IMG/VR virus record: IMGVR_UViG_3300045988_087586 | DNA length: 18,704 nucleotides | Direction: 5' to 3' (one strand) | From: a virus | In this document: positions 5,779-13,333 of the stretch, in pieces | How positions within the stretch are numbered: the stretch's first letter is position 1 | Layout of the letters: every line of letters begins with the position of its first letter | Translations under genes and position numbers: made by a program | Notes under the pieces: generated by a model | The model's database searches: none | Told to the model about the DNA's origin: nothing | What the model saw: the letters and a program-made list of their open reading frames with translations, nothing else

Positions 5779-5941
5779 TTCGAGCGTTGACTTTCGACTG
5801 GGAATGACATAGGTTGGACTGCCTCGGCTGAGAATGCCGCCGACCATGATTTGCTACTATGGTGGTAGTGCCCTACGATTTTCGACTCGCGCTCACATAA
5901 GACGATTCAGACCCTCCGTGATTGGAGGGTCATTTTATTTT
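5779..5941 (+). ncRNA. Candidate structured non-coding RNA (packaging-RNA-like by position and size); alternatively the 3' UTR of the early operon
   Basis: About 160 nt run from the promoter-like element to the intrinsic terminator with no ORF. Local helices: GGTTGG(5812-5817)/CCGACC(5840-5845) enclosing CGGC/GCCG; CTACTA(5854-5859)/TGGTAG(5863-5868); a closing helix GAGCG(5782-5786)/CGCTC(5890-5894). A TTTCGA(C/G) motif occurs three times. Confidence 0.3.
5910..5941 (+). terminator. Rho-independent terminator at the early/late boundary
   Basis: GACCCTCC-GTGATT-GGAGGGTC followed by ATTTTATTTT. Confidence 0.8.
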
Positions 5942-5951
5942 GCTTGTGGCA

Positions 5952-5960
5952 TGATATAAT
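5952..5960 (+). promoter_or_regulatory. Candidate late promoter, extended -10 TGaTATAAT without a -35
   Basis: Perfect TGnTATAAT 36 nt upstream of the scaffold gene, immediately after the terminator. Confidence 0.5.
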
Positions 5961-5995
5961 TTTAGCGGAAACATTGCCAATAGATAGGAGCTTGC

Positions 5996-6271
5996 ATGGC
6001 AGACCCAAACAATGAGAGCGACGAAAACACCACCCCGCCGCCAACCGAAGAAGAGAAGCAGACTGAAACCGTCGATGACGAAATCAAGCCAAAAGAGCCG
6101 GAACCGGAGCCCGATCAGCCGGACGTGAGCGCACGACTTGACAGCATTGAAAAGGAATTGGCCGCGCTCAAGGCCATGATGGACATACTCGGCTACACTG
6201 ACCCTACCCCGTCCGACAATGACGGTGACGGTGACGAAACGCACGAGTCCATCGAAGATCTGTTCGACTAA
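5996..6271 (+). CDS. Scaffolding protein (phi29 gp7-like position), 91 aa, highly acidic
   Basis: SD ATAGGAG. The product is a short acidic protein rich in Asp, Glu and Pro, encoded directly upstream of the capsid gene. Confidence 0.65.
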   Translation: MADPNNESDENTTPPPTEEEKQTETVDDEIKPKEPEPEPDQPDVSARLDSIEKELAALKAMMDILGYTDPTPSDNDGDGDETHESIEDLFD

Positions 6272-6289
6272 AAGTTAGGAGATAATATA

Positions 6290-8008
6290 ATGTCTGATAT
6301 TCGACCATTGGCAGGTAAGGGTGACGTTGAGATCTTCAATGCCGTCCGAAACGCCACCAGCCCCCAGTTTCAGGTGCGCATTCCGTCTGCGACCCAAGGT
6401 AATATCCGTAATGCCGTGGATACCATGCGCAATTTCCCATACTTGCGCGACGAATTCACCGGCGTCCTGATCCAACGTTTGATCGGCTTGTACATTCAGC
6501 ATGCGGATTGGGACGACCCACTCAAGCTTATCGGCTCCCCCCGCACCTTGAAGCGTTACGGATCCACTTACGAACAGGCTGCGGTCGGCCTAGTCAAGGC
6601 ACGTACCCGTAATTTTAACAAAGAGTATCTCGGTGATGATGTGTATGGCCGTTATTCGCTGCCGACCGCTTCCGTATTCCACCCCCTTACGTTCGACCAC
6701 TACTATCCGGTCACCATCCCTGAAGATGCTCTGCTGACGGCGTTCGACGGCGAAAGCGGCATGGCGGATTACATTGCTGAGATCATGAACGCGCCCGTCC
6801 TCTCGGACAGGAACGACATGTATCTGATGAAAGTCCAGTGTTTCGCGGAATATGCTCGTAAGGGCGGTTTTTATCGAGTGCACACCAAGGATGTTGGCGC
6901 GGCTGACTCCACGGAAGCGGACGCCAAAAATCTTTTGCGTCTTATTCAGCAGACCGCCAACGAATTGAAGGCGTCCCCAATGTCGGCCATGCCACGATAT
7001 AACGCCATGAGCTGGGTAACCCCATGGCGCGATTCGGAAGCAATCCTCTTCGCAACCCCTCAGGTGATCGCAGCGCTCAACGTGGAAGCCCTCGCGGCCG
7101 CGTTTAATATCGATAAGGTTAACGTCCCGTACCGTATCATTCCGATTCCCGAGGATATGTTTGGTATTGGTGGTACTGGTGGCAAGGTGCAGGCCGTGCT
7201 TACCACGGAAGACTTTTTCTTCTGCTGGGATGAAATGCTTGAGACCACCAATAGCCCCGTGAATCCGATTGACGGCACATACAACATCTTCTACAAGCAT
7301 CGTGGAAGCATCACCCCTAACCCGTTTGCGAATGCCGTGCTGTTTTGGACGGGCGAAGGCTCCAGCGAGTCCGTGACATTGCCGGATACGCTCACCACCT
7401 CCACGCCGGAATTTACGTTGCGCGTCATGAAATATGGTCAGCCTTCGATCACCCCTGAAAACGTGTCGCGTGGTGACTTGGTGCAGGTCGAATCTGAGAT
7501 CACGAGCGCAAACAAGGATGCGGCATCGTTCCAGCCGGTCGGCATTGAATATAAGGTTGAGGGTGCCACCTCACAGTTCACCTCGATCGATAACGGGGGC
7601 ATTCTGCGTTGCGGTTTGGACGAAACCGCCGACACGCTCAAGGTTACGGCTCAGGCCACCTATATCGACCCCGCGCATCCCGAAATCGACCAGACCGTTT
7701 CCGCCGCACTATCCGTACCGGTGGTCGGCCAATGGCTCGGCGGCTGGAAGACGGGAGCCATTGAATCCCTTGAAATCCAAGGCCCCACAACGGCTAAGCT
7801 ACATGTGCCCACCGCATACAAGGCCATCGTCCATAAGACTGATGGAAGTACGGCTGATGTGACCAATCTCGCACTATGGTCGGTAGACGCTAATGCGAGC
7901 ATCACCCCGAACGGCGTGCTAACAGGCAAGACGGGTGAAGCCCCCGTCAATATTACTGCAAAATTCGCAGGAGTTACCGGAACAATGCACATTACCATCA
8001 ATGAATGA
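6290..8008 (+). CDS. Major capsid protein (phi29 gp8-like) with C-terminal Ig-like (Big_2-type) domains
   Basis: The N-terminal block DVEIFNAVRNATSPQFQVRIPSATQGN...EFTGVLIQRLIGL parallels recalled gp8 ([26 protein letters not shown]...DFITSLVDRIGLV). The C-terminus ...VNITAKFAGVTGTMHITI has a typical Big_2 signature. Confidence 0.92.
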   Translation: MSDIRPLAGKGDVEIFNAVRNATSPQFQVRIPSATQGNIRNAVDTMRNFPYLRDEFTGVLIQRLIGLYIQHADWDDPLKLIGSPRTLKRYGSTYEQAAVGLVKARTRNFNKEYLGDDVYGRYSLPTASVFHPLTFDHYYPVTIPEDALLTAFDGESGMADYIAEIMNAPVLSDRNDMYLMKVQCFAEYARKGGFYRVHTKDVGAADSTEADAKNLLRLIQQTANELKASPMSAMPRYNAMSWVTPWRDSEAILFATPQVIAALNVEALAAAFNIDKVNVPYRIIPIPEDMFGIGGTGGKVQAVLTTEDFFFCWDEMLETTNSPVNPIDGTYNIFYKHRGSITPNPFANAVLFWTGEGSSESVTLPDTLTTSTPEFTLRVMKYGQPSITPENVSRGDLVQVESEITSANKDAASFQPVGIEYKVEGATSQFTSIDNGGILRCGLDETADTLKVTAQATYIDPAHPEIDQTVSAALSVPVVGQWLGGWKTGAIESLEIQGPTTAKLHVPTAYKAIVHKTDGSTADVTNLALWSVDANASITPNGVLTGKTGEAPVNITAKFAGVTGTMHITINE

Positions 8009-8035
8009 TCGGTGACAGACAACGACAGGTAGAAT

Positions 8036-8073
8036 AGGTGCGAGGAGATAATCCTCGCACCTATTATTTATTT
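8036..8073 (+). terminator. Rho-independent terminator after the capsid gene
   Basis: Perfect 11-bp stem AGGTGCGAGGA-GATAA-TCCTCGCACCT followed by ATTATTTATTT. Confidence 0.8.
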
Positions 8074-8082
8074 GGAGGAATC

Positions 8083-10323
8083 ATGAGCGCAAACGATCTG
8101 CCCATCAATTTCAGCTATGCAAAATGGACGCCAAACACGAGATTTAAGTTGTGTAATGTCCCGTGGGACATGGGGTATAGGGATATCGTAAAATGGGATA
8201 GGCAGTCTCAAAAAGCGTATTTCGACCGGCTGGAGGGGGTCGAATTTACTGACTGCACCATGGCAAAATACGGTCTGCCAGTGAGACTGCCGGTACCGTT
8301 CGCCCAAGCGTCGCAATATAATTATCTGATCGCCACGAACGACTACGACTTCGACACACCTCGTAGTTGGTATTATTTCGTCCAAACCTGCGACTATGTC
8401 AACGCACACACCACGCAGCTCAATGTCCAATTGGACGTGTGGCAGAGTTTCCAACACGATATCCAGTTAGGCAACGCCTACGTCGAAAGGGGGCATGTTG
8501 GAGTAGCTAATGAGAATGCGTGGAAGGATTGGGGCAAAACCTATCTTGATCTCCCCGAAGGACTCGATACAGGAAAATGCACAGTGCTTACTAACGAGGT
8601 ATGGAAGCCATTGATGGACGTGAGTGCGCATGATGGGGTAAAATACACGTCGTATGGACTTATCATCGTGAGCACTACCGATCTTGAAGCGGACACGGGC
8701 ACCAAGGATAATCCGGTGGTCAGTACCGCCACCGGCAGCGCTTTTGAAAGTCAGCTTAACGGTACCAGCATGTACTATTTGGACACTCCCGCCGATATTG
8801 TCGCATTTTTCACTGAGGGCAAGAATGCCCCATGGGTCACACAAGGAATTTGCGGAATCTACGCTGTCCCTCACCTCCCACAAGCATTATTGGACGGTCA
8901 GCCGAAAAAGACGGAACTTTTCGGCCATTCGGTCGGATTCGTCGGCAACTGCTGGGAACTCCGCAAGCGTAACGACAATAGCAACGCACGATACACGGAT
9001 ATTGTCAATCTCAAAAATTTCCGCGACGCCTTCCAGTTGCCGGAACGCTACAAGCACTTGAAAAAATTCCTCACCGCCCCCTACGCCTATGTCGAATGCA
9101 GCTGTTTGAACGGAACCGTAATCACATACGAACCCGAGCAAATCCCCTCCGCCGACCTGATTATCCGCGAATCATGGAACTACGCACCCCCTTCCCCCCG
9201 TCTGAATTTTTACGCGCGCGGGTATCATGCAGGCAATCTCGGTGACCGTCAACCGTTGCCGGACAGCAAAGGATTGCCCATCGATACCGGCGAAATGTTG
9301 AACGCAAGTTTCGGCATCACCAATTTTCCTACCTTCATGGCCGTCAACAACGGCTCGGCTTTAGCGCTTGCAAACAGCGCCTATACTCGCACCTACGCGC
9401 AGCAGGGCGCCGATTGGTCATTTCAGAAAACGCAAATGGGCATTAACAACGCTTACGCGCAAGCTCAACTTGGCACCCAGTATGCAAGCGCGCAAAACCG
9501 GTTGGGCACGTCGAATCGGAATGCTATGAATGCGATCAGCAATCAGAGCGCGCAAATGGGGGCCGATCTGACTTTGAAGAATCTCGGATTTAATAATCAG
9601 ATGGCACAGCTTAACACGATAGGCTCAGGAATTGCAAATGCCGCCGGTTCCGCCATTACCGGTAATATCGGGGGTGTGGCTGGAGCTATTGCCGGCACTG
9701 CTATTGGCGCATGGACAAATCAGCAAACCTATAATAATAACGTAAGCACGGCCAATCAGCAGTTGGCAAACACGCAGACCACTAATAACGCCAGCACCTC
9801 GCAAGCTAACGCCTACTCGCTTGCGCAAACCAATCTGTCCAATCAGCAGACTATGCAGATCGCAGATCTCAACAAGCAACTCGCGCAAGCTACCGCGCAA
9901 GGCGATTACGAAAACACGATCGCCGGTATCAACGCCCAAGTGCAGCAGACGCAGACAGTACCCCCCACCACGTCCGGCGCTTTAGGCGGTGACGCCTTCA
10001 ACCTTGCCAACGGCCTGATCGGTGTCATGGTGAGGTTCCGGCAGATTCCACCCGCCGCCATGCAAGCCATCGGTGAAGTATGGCTGCGATATGGCTACTA
10101 TGTCCAACGTTTCATGCGACTACCATCAAATTTGATGGCAATGTCCAATTTTACCTATTGGAAACTGCATGAATTGTACGTGCGTAGCTCGACATGCCCG
10201 GAAGAGTACCGTCTGACTGTCAAGGGCATTTTTGAAAGTGGCGTGACCGTGTGGACTGACCCCGAAAAGATCGGCCTCACCGACTATGCGGACAATACGC
10301 CACTAGCCGGTATCTCGTACTGA
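8083..10323 (+). CDS. Tail knob protein (phi29 gp9-like), 746 aa
   Basis: ATG at 8083 follows GGAGGA (8074-8079). The ORF-track GTG start at 8038 lies inside the terminator stem. WYYFVQTCDYVNAHTTQLNVQLDVWQSF...YVERGHV resembles gp9 [29 protein letters not shown]...IVREHV. The C-terminus ..VPPTTSG..GGDAF......YGYYVQR....GVTVWTD resembles gp9 ..IPPQLTK..GGNTAF...YGYKINR...GITLWHTD. Confidence 0.85.
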   Translation: MSANDLPINFSYAKWTPNTRFKLCNVPWDMGYRDIVKWDRQSQKAYFDRLEGVEFTDCTMAKYGLPVRLPVPFAQASQYNYLIATNDYDFDTPRSWYYFVQTCDYVNAHTTQLNVQLDVWQSFQHDIQLGNAYVERGHVGVANENAWKDWGKTYLDLPEGLDTGKCTVLTNEVWKPLMDVSAHDGVKYTSYGLIIVSTTDLEADTGTKDNPVVSTATGSAFESQLNGTSMYYLDTPADIVAFFTEGKNAPWVTQGICGIYAVPHLPQALLDGQPKKTELFGHSVGFVGNCWELRKRNDNSNARYTDIVNLKNFRDAFQLPERYKHLKKFLTAPYAYVECSCLNGTVITYEPEQIPSADLIIRESWNYAPPSPRLNFYARGYHAGNLGDRQPLPDSKGLPIDTGEMLNASFGITNFPTFMAVNNGSALALANSAYTRTYAQQGADWSFQKTQMGINNAYAQAQLGTQYASAQNRLGTSNRNAMNAISNQSAQMGADLTLKNLGFNNQMAQLNTIGSGIANAAGSAITGNIGGVAGAIAGTAIGAWTNQQTYNNNVSTANQQLANTQTTNNASTSQANAYSLAQTNLSNQQTMQIADLNKQLAQATAQGDYENTIAGINAQVQQTQTVPPTTSGALGGDAFNLANGLIGVMVRFRQIPPAAMQAIGEVWLRYGYYVQRFMRLPSNLMAMSNFTYWKLHELYVRSSTCPEEYRLTVKGIFESGVTVWTDPEKIGLTDYADNTPLAGISY

Positions 10324-10331
10324 TTGGATAT

Positions 10332-10369
10332 AATGGAGAGAGCATATTAACTTTCTCCATTATTTTTTT
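10332..10369 (+). terminator. Rho-independent terminator after the tail-knob gene
   Basis: AATGGAGAGAG-CATATTAA-CTTTCTCCATT (11 bp including one G-U pair) followed by A-T7. Confidence 0.85.
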
Positions 10370-10381
10370 AGGACGGTGACT

Positions 10382-11320
10382 ATGGGTAAACGTAATAATG
10401 CGCGCAAGGCCGCACACTGGGATAATCAGAGCGTTTTAGGCTCGATGTGGGGCAATTTGAATCTGCCCGAAATGCGGCAATCGCTCAGAATCAATCAGTA
10501 CATGAAATTGATTGAAATGCTGGCCGTATCACGTTTCAAATGGATTAATCTACCCCCATACATTGATGAGCGTTATCTTGAGCTAACACTTTTTGAAAAT
10601 GGCTTAGCCCTCTTTTTTCCCGACAAACGCAAGGGCTTGAACCGTTTTATGGTCACTTCCGGCAACATTGGCGGTGTAAACAATTACAATAATCCAACCA
10701 GCTTCCAGCCGGTAGCTACGAACTATTCCCACCCGCAGGTCGGGAGCAAGGAATGCGTGCCCATTTGGGACAATCAATTGCGCTGCACTATGATCGACGT
10801 CATGTGGAATTATGCCACACGGCTCGCCATCGCAGACCGCGCCTTAGATGTCAATTTGGACAATATCAGCGTGCCGTTGATTATCGCCACGTCCGAAACC
10901 AACAAACTCACCGCCCAAAATTTGATGAAAGCGAGAGAAGACGGCGACCCCTACATTTACACGTACGATTCGGCGGACATTACCGGCATGTTCCAAACAT
11001 TCCCCAACGTCACCCCCTTTCTCGCGGACAAGATCATCACCACGAAAACGCAGATATGGAACGAGTTGGTCAATTATCTCGGCATTGACAATTCGACCAC
11101 GGAAAAAAAGGAAAGATTGCTGGAAAGCGAAGTGACGGCAGGCAATAGCCGTACGAACGTTTTCCGCCTGAGCTATCTCAAGGCAAGGCAGCAGGCGTGC
11201 GACACGATTAACCGACTGTGGCCGCAAATGGCCGACTCGGGATACCCTATCGGCATCGAATGGAACGACACCACGTCCGGCGGTCTCTTGGACGTGGATG
11301 GCAACAAAGAGGAGGAATAA
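10382..11320 (+). CDS. Portal / upper collar connector (phi29 gp10-like)
   Basis: [23 protein letters not shown] resembles gp10 [50 protein letters not shown]...[15 protein letters not shown] resembles [27 protein letters not shown]...LKSREEACEKINELY. The start could be ATG 10382 or GTG 10376. Confidence 0.93.
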   Translation: [312 protein letters not shown]

Positions 11321-12132
11321 TGGTGCAGGACTTGAGCATGTATGCGATCAAGGACAGCATGGCCGACTACACGTTGACCTTGGGTAATCTGATAGACCGT
11401 GGTTTCAACACGGACGAAAAACTGCACTTAAGTTCGGCTTATTATCCGATTTTCGACGAAAACTATCGAGCGAAACTAAACGAGAAAATCGTAGCCCACT
11501 ACGCATTACGCGAAATCGGGTCAGAAACGCCGCAAATGTTCGTATTCTATTTAGGCCGTACCATGCGCGAACAGATGGATTATTTCAATCAGCTCTACGT
11601 TTCCGCACAACGAAAATTCGACCCGTTCATCACGTCCGATATCCGGCAGTCAATGGACTCAACCAGTACGAACGAATCGAGCGGAAAATCGAGCGGCACG
11701 CAATCCAACAAGTCCACGGCAAACAGCACGTCCGATACTAAGGCGGACAATTCCAGTATGACTTTTAATTCGGAATTCCCGCAGACCCGTATTGATGATT
11801 TTAAGCAGTTCGCCACGAGCGCCTCGCAGACGGACTCGCTGGGCAATACGCATACGAGCACCCAGCAGGACAGTTCGGCCACCGCGACCAGCACCAGCAA
11901 TACCGATTACGAGCACTCGTCCGACAAGGGCAATAGCGTGTCGCACACGATCGGCACGAGTGGCTCACAATCCCAATTACTGCTTGACTGGCGCAATACC
12001 ATGCTCAACATCGATATGATGGTGATCAATTCGCTGGAGGACCTCTTTATGGGCATGTGGGGCAGTGGCGACAACATGACCAACGTACCGCAACTCTACT
12101 CTACAAGTCTCGCCTATAATCTCGGCCATTAG
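11320..12132 (+). CDS. Lower collar protein (phi29 gp11-like position), 270 aa
   Basis: The ATG overlaps the portal stop (TAATG) and follows GAGGAGGA. The ORF-track start at 11218 lies inside the portal gene. The call rests on the position after the portal. The product has a Ser/Thr-rich central region. Confidence 0.6.
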   Translation: MVQDLSMYAIKDSMADYTLTLGNLIDRGFNTDEKLHLSSAYYPIFDENYRAKLNEKIVAHYALREIGSETPQMFVFYLGRTMREQMDYFNQLYVSAQRKFDPFITSDIRQSMDSTSTNESSGKSSGTQSNKSTANSTSDTKADNSSMTFNSEFPQTRIDDFKQFATSASQTDSLGNTHTSTQQDSSATATSTSNTDYEHSSDKGNSVSHTIGTSGSQSQLLLDWRNTMLNIDMMVINSLEDLFMGMWGSGDNMTNVPQLYSTSLAYNLGH

Positions 12133-12164
12133 AGTATACTTAATAGAGACAGTTAGGAGGATAT

Positions 12165-12764
12165 ATGGACGGAATCAACACATGCGCCGCCCCCTTGGAT
12201 ATCGACCCAAGGCAACGATATTTCACCACCGTGCAACCGTTTTCGTATCGTGACACGTTAACAGTGCTCGGCTATGTACAGGAGGTGGCCGAACATCTAG
12301 ACCAGCTCAGGGAGCAGCTCGATAATCTCGCCAAAGACGAAAACGCCGACATCGAAGCAATCAAACAGCTTGTCGTCGGATTTAACGAGCAGTTCGAGCG
12401 CATCAACAAAACGTTGGACGATTTGGAAAAGCAGGTAGGCCAGTACGAAGATAGCGACCTTACTTATAATCCGACCAGAGGAAAATACGAAGACTCCAAA
12501 AACACAAACCGTGATATGTACCGCGAACTCGCAGTGTTTGGCGCTCGCGTGAACCAGCTAGCACAGCTTTCCGTGCCAATGGCGGCAGCGCATACTTGTT
12601 TGGAGTTCGCAGTGCTCGGCAACAAAACCATTTTCCACAATGAGGAGCCACGTGTCACCCCCCGTGATGTGTACGTGGATGATGGCGAGCCGGTTACAGC
12701 GCTGACCGTCGAAAATCTCGCCAACGGCATTGTGGAAAACAATTATATGAAAACCATAAAATGA
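12165..12764 (+). CDS. Tail/appendage-associated structural protein with coiled-coil region (199 aa)
   Basis: SD TAGGAGG. The heptad-like acidic segment HLDQLREQLDNLAKDENADIEAIKQLVVGFNEQFERINKTLDDLEKQV suggests a coiled coil. Located in the appendage region. Confidence 0.5.
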   Translation: MDGINTCAAPLDIDPRQRYFTTVQPFSYRDTLTVLGYVQEVAEHLDQLREQLDNLAKDENADIEAIKQLVVGFNEQFERINKTLDDLEKQVGQYEDSDLTYNPTRGKYEDSKNTNRDMYRELAVFGARVNQLAQLSVPMAAAHTCLEFAVLGNKTIFHNEEPRVTPRDVYVDDGEPVTALTVENLANGIVENNYMKTIK

Positions 12765-12787
12765 TAAACAATAAATAGGAGGAGAAA

Positions 12788-13141
12788 ATGACCCAGAAAA
12801 CCACTAATTATAATCTTGAAAAATATGACGCAACCGACCCGCCGAACTTGCAGGGCGAGTACAATAGGTCAATGGATATCATTGATACGGCACTGAAAAC
12901 GCAGTCGGACAAAATCGATGCCATTCCAACGCCGGAAAGTCTGCCGGAAGGGTTGAAAGCGTTTACCGCCGCGCTCGGATTGAGCACCGCGAACGCGGGA
13001 GCGCTCGGCACCGCCCTTAACCACTTCCTCAACCGCGTTCCGGCAACCGGCGGCGGACAGTACACGGTGAAGAATCTCACCGACACGAAGGTTACCGCCG
13101 AGGGATTGCCGTTCGTGTCCACCACCGCTTCGGGAGACTGA
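12788..13141 (+). CDS. Short fibre/appendage protein carrying the shared N-terminal docking motif (117 aa)
   Basis: SD AGGAGG. N-terminus TNYNLEKYDATDPPNLQGEYNRSMDIIDTAL. Confidence 0.6.
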   Translation: MTQKTTNYNLEKYDATDPPNLQGEYNRSMDIIDTALKTQSDKIDAIPTPESLPEGLKAFTAALGLSTANAGALGTALNHFLNRVPATGGGQYTVKNLTDTKVTAEGLPFVSTTASGD

Positions 13142-13147
13142 TAGACC

Positions 13148-13330
13148 ATGGCAGATCAACCGCAAGCAACCCCCGTCGACGTTGCCGCATATGATGTGAC
13201 ACGTCACTGGGGGTTACCCCTCTACAATGATGCAACCCCAATGGACATGCGGGACGGGTACAATCATGCTATGCGCATGATAGACCAGATTCTCACTCAG
13301 CTCGAAACGCAAATACGAGAAAAGGACTAA
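13148..13330 (+). CDS. 60-aa protein consisting of little more than the fibre N-terminal docking motif
   Basis: HWGLPLYNDATPMDMRDGYNHAMRMIDQIL followed by a short helix. SD GGGAGA. Confidence 0.55.
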   Translation: MADQPQATPVDVAAYDVTRHWGLPLYNDATPMDMRDGYNHAMRMIDQILTQLETQIREKD

Positions 13331-13333
13331 ACA

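Noticed and set aside
6590-7300. 236-aa ORF on the minus strand, plus 7060-7287 and 7438-7641 on the minus strand
   Set aside because: It lies entirely antisense inside the capsid gene, whose product has strong gp8-like similarity. It has no SD and a skewed, low-complexity composition typical of antisense frames. I treat it as spurious.
7434-7862. 142-aa alternative-frame plus-strand ORF inside the capsid gene; similarly 3471-3716, 10753-11088, 11792-12019 and 13524-13793
   Set aside because: The Arg/Pro/Ser-rich translations are typical of off-frame reading of moderately GC-rich coding DNA. They have no SD and are embedded in genes with clear homology.
8038-8082. ORF-track N-terminal extensions at 8038, 3277, 11218, 14304, 1192, 335, 605 and 837
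   Set aside because: Each uses a GTG or TTG start that lies inside a terminator or hairpin stem or inside the upstream gene. In every case a downstream ATG with a proper SD (8083, 3313, 11320, 14364, 1261, 371, 620, 861) gives a tidy, non-overlapping gene.
9361-9990. Possibility that the Q/N-rich tail-knob segment is a nucleotide tandem repeat or VNTR
   Set aside because: I could not find a consistent repeat unit at the DNA level. The periodicity exists only as loose amino-acid composition (AQ/NQ-rich), so I report it as protein low complexity rather than a DNA repeat.
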